Source of the DNA: an uncultured Chloroflexia bacterium
Lineage (GTDB): Bacteria; Chloroflexota; Limnocylindria; Limnocylindrales; CSP1-4
Assembly (NCBI GenBank): GCA_963741915.1
Contig: CAVUJW010000009.1
Span: 61,960 to 125,959 of the forward strand
Direction: 5' to 3'
DNA length: 64,000 nt
Below, piece by piece: positions 26,625-37,899 of the stretch (positions within the stretch are counted from its first letter, which is position 1; every line of letters begins with the position of its first letter). Below the pieces are notes generated by a model. It did not search any database. It was not told where the DNA came from and worked only from the letters and a program-made list of their open reading frames with translations. The position numbers were made by a program, and so were the translations under genes.

Positions 26625-27469
26625 TCGGGCTCTCCGGCGTTGCGCCGGACGGCGACCCAGCCGGCGACCAGCAGCAGGCCGAGCAACGCCATCCCGGCCA
26701 CGAACCCTTCGGTCACTGGGCCCATGGCCGGCGCGGTCGCACCGCCCGGGTGGGGTGCGTCGCGCAGGAACCGGACGTAGGCGGCGAGGTCGTCCACCTC
26801 CTGCGGGGAGAACGAGAACCTGGGCATCGGGCCCGGGCCCGTGATCACCGCCTCGCCCACCGTGGTGGGATCCGCGTTGGTCAGGTTCGGGGCCACGAAG
26901 CCGCCGCCGACCGATCCCCCACCCCCCGCCGGGCCATGACAGGCGGCGCAGTTGGCGACGAACAGGTCGCGACCCTTGTTGGTATCCGCGCCGTCGACCA
27001 CGACCGACGGGATGTCTGGCCCGTTCCCCAGCGAGGCGACGTAGCCGACCAGCGCCTGGATGTCGGCATCACCGAACTGGGGCGTGCGACGCCGCGCCGG
27101 CGCGCCCGGGTCAGCGAGCGGCATGCGACCGGTGCGCAGGACGAAGTCGGCGAGCGCGGCCCCGGCCGAGCGGATGTCGGGTCCGATGCCGGTTCCGGCG
27201 CCCTGGGGGCCATGGCAGGCGGCGCAGCTGGTCAGGAACAGCTGCTCGCCGCGCGATGCCACCGTGACGGTCGCCTGGCGGGCGGTGGGGGCCGACGAGG
27301 AGGATGCGCCGAGCACGACGTTCGCCGCCGCGAAGGCCAGGGCCAGCAGGCCCATGATCGCGGCGTAGCCCACGACCACCCGGCGACCGGACGGCGATCG
27401 CCTGCTGGCGGGCCGCTGCGCGGCAGCTGGATGGGGTCCGGCGGGGGACGCGGTCGCGCGGTCTACCAT
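26621..27469 (-). CDS. qcrC: Di-haem cytochrome c subunit of bc1 complex
   Basis: Two CAACHG haem-binding motifs, one N-terminal and one C-terminal TM helix. Confidence 0.8.
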   Translation of the reverse strand: MVDRATASPAGPHPAAAQRPASRRSPSGRRVVVGYAAIMGLLALAFAAANVVLGASSSSAPTARQATVTVASRGEQLFLTSCAACHGPQGAGTGIGPDIRSAGAALADFVLRTGRMPLADPGAPARRRTPQFGDADIQALVGYVASLGNGPDIPSVVVDGADTNKGRDLFVANCAACHGPAGGGGSVGGGFVAPNLTNADPTTVGEAVITGPGPMPRFSFSPQEVDDLAAYVRFLRDAPHPGGATAPAMGPVTEGFVAGMALLGLLLVAGWVAVRRNAGEPE

Positions 27470-27591
27470 CGACTCCTGGCTGGCATCGACTCCGGGCTGG
27501 CTCGGGTGGTCTCATCCTACCCCGAACCACGAATCCGTCCGGTCAGGCGCAACGGGATCCGGGCGCACGATCGGCTCCACGGGAAGGCACG

Positions 27592-27945
27592 ATGCTCGTC
27601 GGACTCCACTTCGTCCTGGGACTCCTGACCGCGGCAGGCGGCGTCGCCGTCGCGATCGTCGTGGTGATCGGTGCCGCTCGCCGCCAACCCCTGCGGTTCG
27701 CCCTCGACCGGGCGATCCTGGCCGCGCTGGTCGTCGTCGTCGTCGGCGCCCTCAGCGGGCTGGTGATCCTGGGCACGGGCGGGCGGCCCGACGATCCGCT
27801 CCACCTGCTGTACGCGGGCGTGGCGCTCGCGGTCCTCCCGATCGCCCGCCTGTGGGACCGGCTGACACGCTGGCGCGCCTCGGCGGTCGGCATCGGCGGC
27901 GTGCTGCTCGCCCTGCTCGTGCTGCGGCTGTTCCAGACCGGTTGA
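27592..27945 (+). CDS. Small integral membrane protein (hypothetical)
   Basis: 117 aa with 3-4 hydrophobic helices. Confidence 0.4.
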   Translation: MLVGLHFVLGLLTAAGGVAVAIVVVIGAARRQPLRFALDRAILAALVVVVVGALSGLVILGTGGRPDDPLHLLYAGVALAVLPIARLWDRLTRWRASAVGIGGVLLALLVLRLFQTG

Positions 27946-27954
27946 GGCGCGTGG

Positions 27955-28130
27955 TTCCTCGTCGGCGTCGGTCGCCCGCGTCGTCGGTCGCCCGCGTCGT
28001 CGGTCGCCCGCGTCGTCGGTCGCCGGCGTCGTCGGTCGCCGGCGTGGTCAACCGGCGGTTCGCGGCGTCGGTCGCCGGCGTGGTCAGCCGGTGATTCGCC
28101 GCCTCGGTCGCCCGCGTCGTCAGCCGGCCG
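27955..28130. repeat. Degenerate tandem array of a roughly 16-nt unit (GTCGTCGGTCGCCSGC), about 6-9 copies
   Basis: Visible directly in sequence: gtcgtcggtcgcccgc x3, gtcgtcggtcgccggc x2, then diverged copies. Intergenic between convergent genes. Confidence 0.7.
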
Positions 28131-28893
28131 TTCGCGTCGTCGTGCTCGGGCGGCGCCAGGCGTAGAGCCGGCCGGCCTCCGCGTCGGCCCATACCAGCCC
28201 GGGCGCGGCCGGCGGCTCCGAGCCGGCCACGAGGGCGCGTTGCCAGCCCAGGCTGCTACCCGGAAACCGGGCGGCGAACACCTCCGGGTACCGCGCCACG
28301 ATCGCGCGGTTCCGGCGCGTGTCCCGAACCACCCAGACCATGCCGACCACCGCATCCGGCACGCCCCAGCGAGCCGCCGCGAGCTCGGACGCCTCGGCCC
28401 GCTTGCGCGCCGACGAGCGCGCGGCTGCACCGACGTCACCGATGGTGTTCCAGCACTCCACGACCACGAGCCGGCGTCGGCGGTCATCGGCCAACGCGAC
28501 GTCGATCGACCGCCACGGCTCGGCCGGCTTCGTGGGCAGCTCGACGAGCCCACGGTACCCGACGGCGCGCCCGAGCCGCAGCACGAGCTCCTGCAGCGCC
28601 AGGTGGCCCGCATCCACCGTCTCGGCCCGGGGGTCGCGCTGGAAGGCAACGACCACCGGCATGCCCAGCGCGAGGCCGATCCGCTGCCACGCATCGATCG
28701 TCAGGCCACCGCCTCGTCCCAGCTCCGCCCGGCTGATGGTCATCCGCCCGAGCCCCGTCCGTGCGCCGAGCTCCTGCTGCGTCAGCCGGCGGACGACGCG
28801 AGCGTCGCGCACGACCAGGCCGATCCGGGCGAGCTGCTCGCGATTGCGACGGTCCGCCTCGACCGCGAGGTTCGTGCGCCTGCGTCCGGACAT
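28120..28893 (-). CDS. XRE-family HTH transcriptional regulator with uncharacterized C-terminal domain
   Basis: N-terminal LTQQELGARTGLGRMTISRAELGRGGGLTIDAWQRIGLAL is an HTH_3 fold. About 257 aa. Confidence 0.6.
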   Translation of the reverse strand: MSGRRRTNLAVEADRRNREQLARIGLVVRDARVVRRLTQQELGARTGLGRMTISRAELGRGGGLTIDAWQRIGLALGMPVVVAFQRDPRAETVDAGHLALQELVLRLGRAVGYRGLVELPTKPAEPWRSIDVALADDRRRRLVVVECWNTIGDVGAAARSSARKRAEASELAAARWGVPDAVVGMVWVVRDTRRNRAIVARYPEVFAARFPGSSLGWQRALVAGSEPPAAPGLVWADAEAGRLYAWRRPSTTTRTAG

Positions 28894-29062
28894 GATCGGC
28901 TCATGTTCATCGTCAGCGCTTCACGGAGACTTACCTCGCCCGCCGTCACCGATGCATCGCTTCGTGCACGCCGGATGTGCAGCGTCCGGGCGAAGCCCGG
29001 GTCCCGGCAGCACCGGGCGCGGTTGACCGCGACCCAGCCCTGGAAATGCACATGGGACGATC

Positions 29063-29340
29063 ACGCGGCCAGATGGCCCGGCCCTGGGCGCACGCGGCGC
29101 GGCGGGACGGCCCTGGGCGCACGCGGCGCGGCGGGACGGCCCTGGGCGCACGCGGCGCGGCGGGACGGCCCTGGGCGCACGCGGCGCGGCGGGACGGCCC
29201 TGGGCGCACGCGGCGCGGCGGGACGGCCCTGGGCGCACGCGGCCGGATGGCCCGGCCCTGGGCGCACGCGGCCGGATGGCCCGGGCCGGGGCGCACGCGG
29301 CGCGGCGGGACGGCCCTGGGCGCACGCGATCGCACGGGTC
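29063..29340. repeat. Tandem array of a 29-bp unit (CCCTGGGCGCACGCGGCGCGGCGGGACGG), about 9.5 copies with two variant units
   Basis: Unit starts at 29082, 29111, 29140, 29169, 29198, 29227 and 29256, with exact 29-bp periodicity. Period is not a multiple of 3 and there are no spacers. Lies between the clpX 3' end and the XRE gene 5' end. Confidence 0.85.
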
Positions 29341-29385
29341 GATGCGGGAACGCGCGTGGTGCCGGGCTGGCCCCGGACCGCCCGC

Positions 29386-30699
<1,314 letters not shown>

Positions 30700-30711
30700 G
30701 GGTCCCCTGCG

Positions 30712-31396
30712 CTATCGGTCGGCGGCAGGCCCGGGCTCGCCCGGGTCCAGCGCCTTCCCCCCTGCTGCCTTGCCACCCGACAGCTCCGCATCGTGCGCCT
30801 GCGCGATGAGCGAGTCGCCGGTCAGCGTGTACACCGCGTCGATGATGCCATAGTCCTTCGCCTGCTCGGGAGCCATGAAATAGTCCCGATCGGTGTCCTT
30901 GACCACCTTGTCCAGCGGCTGGCCCGTGTGGCGGGCGAGGATCTCGTGGTTGACCTGGACCAGGTACTCCCACTCGCTGCATCTGGATCACGGCGTCGGG
31001 CGCGTTGCCCCGGAAGCCGCCCGAGCCCTGGTGGATCATGACCCGGCTGTTGGGCAGCGCGTAGCGCTTGCCCTTCGCGCCGGCGGCCAGCAGCACCGCC
31101 GCCATCGACGCCGCCATGCCGATGCAGATCGTGCTCACCGGCGCCCGCAGGTACTGCATCGTGTCGTAGATCGCGAGGCCGCTGGTCACCACCCCGCCGG
31201 GCGAGTTGATGTACAGGCTGATGTCCTTCTCGGGATCCTCGGACTCGAGGAACAGCAGCTGCGCGATGACGAGGTTGGCGAGGTGGTCGTCGATCGCGTC
31301 GCCGAGGAAGATGATCCGCTCGCGGAGCAGGCGCGAGTAGATGTCGTACGCGCGCTCCCCGCGGCTGGTGGACTCGATGACCATCGGGACGAGCAT
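30712..31396 (-). CDS. clpP: ATP-dependent Clp protease proteolytic subunit, frameshift near 30980
   Basis: [56 protein letters not shown] plus C-terminal [23 protein letters not shown], in two frames. Confidence 0.85.
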
Positions 31397-31417
31397 CGTG
31401 GGTCTCTCCTGGGCTGG

Positions 31418-32867
31418 TTCAGGCGTCGCCGGCATCAGCCCGCGGCGGCGGGTTCGGGCACCCGGGATCGCCCCGGGATCGGTGGCGTCGATCGAGGCCG
31501 CCGCCTCGGCTTCGGGCGCGTCGACGGCGGACGGCGCGTCGTCCTCGAGATGCGGCAGCGCCGGATGCTCGGGATGGGCGGCCAGCCAGCGGTCCACCAG
31601 CGTCTCGACGACCCGCGTCCGGCGCAGCGTGCTGCGGATGAAGCTGCGTCCGCGCTCGGACTCGAAGTAGCGGACGGTCTTCGGGTCCTCGTAGCGAGCC
31701 CGCGCGCAGCTCGACCTGCGCCTCGACCTCCGCGTCGGGCACCGTCGAGGCCCTCGGCCTCGGCGATCTTCGACAGGACGAGGAGCACCTTGGTCCGCTG
31801 CTCGGCGCGCGGCCGGAACTCGGCGTGCAGGTCCGGCCTCGGTCTGCTCGGTCGCCTTGAGGTAGGCCTCCTCGCGCGATGCCCTGGCGGGCGAGGGTCG
31901 TCCGGAACTCGTCGTGCATCACCTCGACCTCCTGGTCGACCAGGATGTCCGGGAGGTCGATGGTGGCGTTGGCGACGGCGTAGTCGATGATCTGGTCGCT
32001 GAACTCGTGGCGCGCCCGATCGAGCGCGTTGCGCTCGAGCCGCTGGGCGACGTCCGCGCGCAGCTCGGCGAGGTCCGCGTAGTCACCCATGCGAGCGGGC
32101 GAACTCGTCGTCCGCCTCGGGCAGGACCTTCTCGCGCAGCTCCTTGAGCGTCGACCTGGAAGTGGGCCGGCTGGCCGGCCAGCGACGGCTCCGGGTAGTC
32201 GTCCGGGAACGTGATGTCGAAGTCCGTCGTACTCGCCGGGCCGGAGCCCCACGAGGTTGGCCTCGAAGCCCGGGATCAGCCGATCCTCGCCCAGGATCAG
32301 CGGCATCCGCTCGGCCTCGCCGCCGTCGAACGGCTGGCCGTCCCTGGTGCCCGGCGAACCCGATCACCGCCCAGTCGCCGTTCTGGGCGCCACGGTCCTC
32401 GACGGCCGCCAGGGTGGCGTTCTGGTCGCGCAGCTCGTCGATGACCTTGTCGACCTTCGCGTCGTCGACCGTCTCGATCTCGGGCGCGAAGTTGAACTCG
32501 GTGTAGTCGCCCAGCTGTGACCTCGGGCCGGACCTGGACGGTCGCCTTGAAGCGGAGCGGCTTGCCCTCCTCGGCCTCCACGACCTCGACGTCGGCGTTC
32601 GTCAGGGGCAGGATCTCCTGCTCGACCAGCGCCTCGCGGTAGGCGTCCTGGACCAGGTGCTCGACCGCCTCGTCGAGCACCGCGCCGCGGGCCGAGGACG
32701 CGCTCGAGGATCGGGCGCGGGGCCTTGCCCGGGCGGAACCCGGCAACCCGCGTGCGGCGAGACAGGCGGCTCACGGCGTCGCGGACGGCGCGGTCGAGGC
32801 GCTCGGGCGGCACCTCGACCTCGAGCAGGATCGAGCTCTTGGGGGCGGGGGTGGCGGTCACGTTCAT
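31418..32867 (-). CDS. tig: Trigger factor, multiple frameshifts
   Basis: N-terminus [28 protein letters not shown]...[13 protein letters not shown] and PPIase/C-terminal segments ([28 protein letters not shown]) in different frames. Conserved tig-clpP-clpX order. Confidence 0.8.
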
Positions 32868-32985
32868 CGCCGGGCGAGTATAGGGTGGGTCGGCCGGGGG
32901 GCGCGAAGGTGCACGGCGGCCGGATCGTGGAAGGCGGGAGGCAGGCTCGTCCCGCTCGGCGGTCCCGGCCGGTAGACTCGCCGCC

Positions 32986-33026
32986 ACGGGCGAGTGGCGG
33001 AATGGCAGACGCGCCGGCCTTAGGAG
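32986..33026 (+). repeat. 41-bp direct repeat identical to the 5' half of tRNA-Leu (acceptor 5' arm, D-arm, anticodon stem 5' side plus loop); putative att site / left island boundary
   Basis: 32986-33026 is 41/41 identical to 49162-49202. The flanks diverge immediately on both sides. Confidence 0.8.
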
Positions 33027-33745
33027 CGATTCCTGCCCTGCTCAGTGCGCCGCGATCACGGAGTGATGCTAACGAGTCCGAGTTATGTGCGCGCCTCACA
33101 CGCACGGATTTCGGCTGCTTCCTTCGGGTGATGCGAGGACAAGGGCGACGCTCGGCGCAACTCCCCATCGCTGCGGCGAGGCGTCCTGTGCACGCCGCGC
33201 GACGATGCCGATGCACCCGACTCTCGAAATACCAGGAACTGCACGTAGGACAGACGGTACGGCTTGACCGGTCTGTAGGGTGAGGCGGCCCAGCAACTAT
33301 TGGCTGGAGGCGAGGGCGTCTCTGGCCGGCTGCCGCTATGAGGACAGCAGAGTTGGTCGGAGTCGCAAGGCTCGACCGCGAGACCCGCCGCCTCACCGGC
33401 CTCAACGGTCACCACTACGTGTCCCGTCCTTCCTGAATGATCTGCGAGGACAAGCCGTGAGTTCTTCGTGCGGACTGGGTGCGACCCGCACGGAGGCAAA
33501 TCGGCTGCCGCATTGCCATGCGCGAGGTCCGTACCTCGCTGAGCCGCTCGAGATCATCTCGGTCGGGGGCTCCAGATTTACACGAAATTCGAGGGCCGAG
33601 ACTGTTCGGATTTCTTGAGGCGGCTGACGACTCGCCGGGAAAGTTATGATTGACCGCCGCCCAAGGTTGAACTAGAGTGAGCCCACGAGCCGGAACGGCG
33701 CTCGATCGACGCCCGGGAGGCTCGATCTGCGGAAGGGGGTCACGC

Positions 33746-34123
33746 ATGCGACGATCGCTCATCTCCCTGTTCTCTGGCCGTCGCCCTGCTAACACTCGCG
33801 GGGAGTCCCGCCTTGGCCGTGAGCGCCAACATCAACCCGGCCACCCAGAGCCACGCCCACAATGTCTCCTCGAGCTGGACGGGGTCGTGGACCGGCCGAA
33901 TTAAAGCTTCGACACCATCTTCTGGTACGGCGACGGGACCGGGCTCGAGGTCGTTACGAACAACCTGTCGCGAAACTACTCGCACGGCTATTCACCGTGC
34001 CCGGGCGACCCGACAACGTATTACCAGCTCCTCCAGGTCTGGGACAACGTCGGGCACGGCACGGGCAAGCTGTACGCGTCGAGCACGAGCAGCGCGCACG
34101 AGAACGCCGGCACCCCCTGCTGA
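33746..34123 (+). CDS. Small secreted protein (hypothetical), 1-2 frameshifts
   Basis: Strong SD GGAAGGGGG 6 nt upstream of ATG. MRRSLISLF then a signal-like LAVALLTLAGSPALAVSA. The mature part FDTIFWYGDGTGLEVVTNNLSRNYSHGYSPCPGDPTTYYQLLQVWDNVGHGTGKLYASSTSSAHENAGTPC* has protein-like composition. GC is about 60%. Confidence 0.4.
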
Positions 34124-34150
34124 GGACGGTCCGAGCGTATCCTGTCGAAC

Positions 34151-36888
34151 ATGGCGGAGGGTCTTCCCGGGCCGCTGACACGGCTCCGGCGAGATCCTCT
34201 CGCCGTCGTGGCCGTCGTGCTCGTCGCGCTGCTTGCCTCAACGACGGCCGGCATCCATGAGGCGGCAACGATCCGGGTGGCCGCCGTCGTTGATGCCCAC
34301 TGGCGCGGCGCCTACGACATCCTCGTAAGGCCAGCGGGAGCGCGTCTCGACCTCGAGGCCACGAATGGCCTCGTCGAGCCGAACTTCGTTGGATTCACGG
34401 GTTCGGGCGGGATCGGCTTGGACGAGCTCTCGGAGATCCGGAGCGTGGCCGGCGTCGAGCTGGCTGCGCCGATCGGTTTTGTGGGCTATGTGCGCAGCCT
34501 GGCACCGGCCGTCGTTATCGAGCTCGACCAACTGCCGGCGCGACCGACTCTCTATCGAATCGGGCTCGTGTCGACCACCACGGATGGCCTCAACAAGCAG
34601 CTCGTCCAACGCGAATCCGGCGAGATCCTGCTCGGGCCGCCGGCGGCTGGCGATCGTCCTGCTGCCAACTGGGCGTCGAATTTCGGCGATGTCGACGCGA
34701 ACCAGGATCCCGATGGCCGATGGATCGTCGACATCATCACCAAGCGAGCGCTCCTGGGCTCGCTGGTGCCCGTGCTCGCCGTGGACCCCGCCGCCGAGGA
34801 CGAGCTCCTGGCCGGGAATGCACCGTTCCTCGAGCCGCTGCGCCGCGCCGGATCGATCGATCGCACTGCAGGATCCTTCGACGCTGACCTGATCGATCCC
34901 GCCTTCCGGCAGGCCACCGGCCAGCTCCGGTCGATCCAGTCGCCCGGCAACGCGTTCCCCTCGGACCGCATGCTGCCAGTGATTCCGCTTGTCGTGAGCA
35001 GCCGCCAGGTGGCAGCCCTCACAGTCGACCTCACGGTGGATCAGCTGGGCGCGCCCATGCCAGGCTACCCGCCGGGCGGCCTCGCCGCGGCTGAGGCGGA
35101 GGCAGGGTCCGGAACGACTCGGATCGGGACAGCGGCGGGTGATGCGGGCAGCAGCCTCGCTCCGCTGCGGGCACCGTCCCTGTGTCGTCCCGTGGCCGAA
35201 TTCGCACGCGACCTGCGGCGTGGCGAGCCTGTTCTCGACCTCCAGCCTCGACGGACGCTTGATGGAGCGACCCACCTACGTTGTGGCGGCGTCGTCCGGC
35301 CCGGACGGCGGAGCGCCGGCGTTCCGGATCGAGCAGGTCGGGACGGTGGATCCCGACGACGATCCCACCACGCCCGACTTCCGGATGGGCGATCTCGCGT
35401 CGACCGGGGCGTTCCCCGCCTACCGCAAACTGAGGCAGGTTCCGCTCGCAGTTTCCAAGATCCCGTTCTCGCCCCACGCCAACATCCGGGAGCCATTCAT
35501 CCTCGCACCGGTCGGCACCTTCGACGCGACCGCGGTCAAGGTCCCCGACGATCCAATCGACTACGTCCCGCTCGGGGCCTACGACCCCTCCGACACAACC
35601 TACATCGCCGATCCGAGCGGAGCGATTGGCACCCCTACTTCGATGCGTTACCCGCTGCTGCCCGACGGTCTCGTGACAACGCCCCCCCTTGCAATCACCG
35701 ACATTAGGGGCGCGCAGGTCCTCCGCGGCGACTCACCCATCGACGCTGTCCGCGTCCGGGTCGCCGGCATCAACGACTTTGGACCGGCGTCGCAGGCCAG
35801 AATTGAAGCCGTCGCAGCGGCGCTCAAGCGGCTGGGATTTCGACGTCGACATCGTCGCCGGCTCGTCACCCAGGCAGTCGATGTGTACGTCCCGGCCTAT
35901 CACGTTAATCGCGACCCGGCGGGCGATCTCGGCTGGGTCCGGCAGCACTGGACGACCATCGGCGCGGCCGCGCGTGTCACGCACGGATTCGACGCCTCGG
36001 ACCTCGCCTTGCTCATGCTCAGCGCCGCTGCTGCCGCAATCTGGGCATTCGCTCTCGCCGGCCTACGGGCAGAACGCCGGGTCCGCGACGCCGCGATCTT
36101 GACCGCGATCGGCTGGAGTCGGGCAAAGATCGTCCGCTGGCTCACAGGTGAGCCGGTCCTCGGGGCGATCGCCATTGCTGCGCTCGGCATCGTCGGTTTC
36201 GTGGCTGGCGGCGGCAGCCCCGAGGCGGTGGCGGTGGCGGTGGCAATGGCGGTCCTGTGGTTCCTCGCCGGCATTCTTGCGGCCCTGGATGCGGTCCGGC
36301 GGGCGCGGCCGAGCAGCCTTGGGGCGGTTGGAGGCCGGAGCGGGGTCGCACTCCGGATCGGTGTCTCGGACACGCCGACCTACGCGATTTGCGCGGCGAT
36401 CGCGCGGTGGCCGTGGGTGGCGGCCATAGCACTGGGTCTGGGCGCGGCGGGTGCGGCCGTCGCCCTCGGGCTCGCGCTCGTGGCCGGCCTTAGCACACGC
36501 ATCGGCCCGACCCTCCTCGCGTCCGCGGCCAGCGCCGCCGCGGCACTCTACCAGCCAGTCATGCTCACCGCGATCGGGGCGGGCTCCGTGTTCTTCGTCG
36601 TCGTCGCCTTCCGCATGGACCGCCGGCGTCGGGCGCCCGAAGCGCTGATCCTGGTCGTCAGCGGCTGGTCGAGCCGACAGGTTCGGCGCCTGCTCTGGGC
36701 GGGGCTCCTCCTGCCGGCGATCGGCGGTGCCGCCATCGGGGTGGTTGCCGTCGTCGCCCTGGCCGGACCGTTCGAGATCGCAAACCCGGCGCTGCCGGCG
36801 ATCGGTGCCGCCGCGCTGGCCGGGGGCGCGGCGCTCTGGGGCGATCGTCGTCGTCCGTCGTATCGGTGCAAGTCCTGGGGACATCAGA
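34151..36888 (+). CDS. Large ABC transporter permease with roughly 700-aa extracytoplasmic domain and two FtsX-like modules, frameshifts near 35250 and 36870
   Basis: N-terminal TM, long ectodomain, then ILTAIGWSRAKIVRWLTGEPVLGAIAIAALGIVGFVAGG (FtsX-like) and a second module LILVVSGWSSRQVRRLLWAGLLLP. The stop overlaps the ATPase start (TGATG). Confidence 0.6.
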
Positions 36889-37589
36889 TGATGTTGCGAG
36901 AGGCGGATCCCGCGGCGGATCCTAGGCTCGAGGTGACCGGCGTCGAATTGAGCTACCGGCTCCCGGGCGGCGAGCTGCTCCACGTGCTGCGCGGGGTCGA
37001 TCTCGCGGTCGGGTACGGCGAACTGCTCTGTGTCGCCGGCCGGTCCGGATCAGGCAAGACCTCCCTGTTGTATGTCGCGAGCGGGTTGTTGGCCCCGGAT
37101 CACGGCGTCGTGCGATGGCTGGGGGAGGACATCACGCGGCTGACTGCCGCGGAGGTCACCCAACGGCGGCGACACACCATCGGCTTCGTGTTCCAGACCG
37201 GCGGCCTGGTCGACCTGTTGACCGCAGCCGAGAATGTCGCGCTGCCCGGGCTCGCGGACGGCCGCGATCATCGCAATTCGCACGATCGTGGCGATGTTCG
37301 CGCGCGAGTCGCCAGCCTTCTCGAGGAGTTCGACCTATCTCAGCGCGCGCGCCACTTTCCGGCGCAGCTCTCGGGAGGCGAACGGCAGCGCATAGCAGTC
37401 GCGCGGGCACTCTTCGCGGATCCGCCGGTGCTGATCATCGACGAACCGACCGCCAGCCTCGATGCTGCGTCGGCCGAACACATGGTCGAGTTGCTCCGAG
37501 GGATCCGCGACACGGGCCGGGCGGTGCTCGTCGCCTCGCATGACGAGCATGTCATTCGCGGGGCGGATCGCCTCGTGCACCTAGACTGA
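36888..37589 (+). CDS. ABC transporter ATP-binding protein (MacB/LolD-type)
   Basis: Walker A GRSGSGKTSLL, Q-loop, signature LSGGERQRIAVARAL, Walker B VLIIDEPTASLD and the H-motif VLVASHD. Confidence 0.85.
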   Translation: MMLREADPAADPRLEVTGVELSYRLPGGELLHVLRGVDLAVGYGELLCVAGRSGSGKTSLLYVASGLLAPDHGVVRWLGEDITRLTAAEVTQRRRHTIGFVFQTGGLVDLLTAAENVALPGLADGRDHRNSHDRGDVRARVASLLEEFDLSQRARHFPAQLSGGERQRIAVARALFADPPVLIIDEPTASLDAASAEHMVELLRGIRDTGRAVLVASHDEHVIRGADRLVHLD

Positions 37590-37899
37590 TGTTGAACGAG
37601 CTGCGTCTATGCTCGACTGGCGCCTAGCAGTCTCTTGGACGTGGTGCGCGGCCGGATACCGGGCGACCGGAGGAGCAGGGCCCGGCCGTGGAGCCCATTC
37701 CTATGCTTGAACGAATGCCGGACCCGGAGAGCCACGCCGTTGTGGCTCGGCAGCGCCGTCTGGATGGAGCAAGTACTCCTGCACTTCGACGCTATTGGTG
37801 CTCCGCGCCGTCTGACTGCGACGCGCCCGCCTCATCGACCGACTCCGGGTCGGTTCTATGCCAGCGAGCCCTGGCTGCGCGGATCGCATGTTGCTGAGC

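Noticed and set aside
27752-28192. Minus-strand ORF across the 16-nt repeat array, translating to a periodic RLTTPATDAAN protein
   Set aside because: Composition is dictated by the nucleotide repeat. The ORF is in an intergenic position between convergent genes and has no start context, so it is probably non-coding.
29063-29340. The 29-bp periodic array considered as a possible CRISPR array
   Set aside because: Units are directly contiguous with no spacers, and no cas genes lie nearby. It is a plain tandem repeat.
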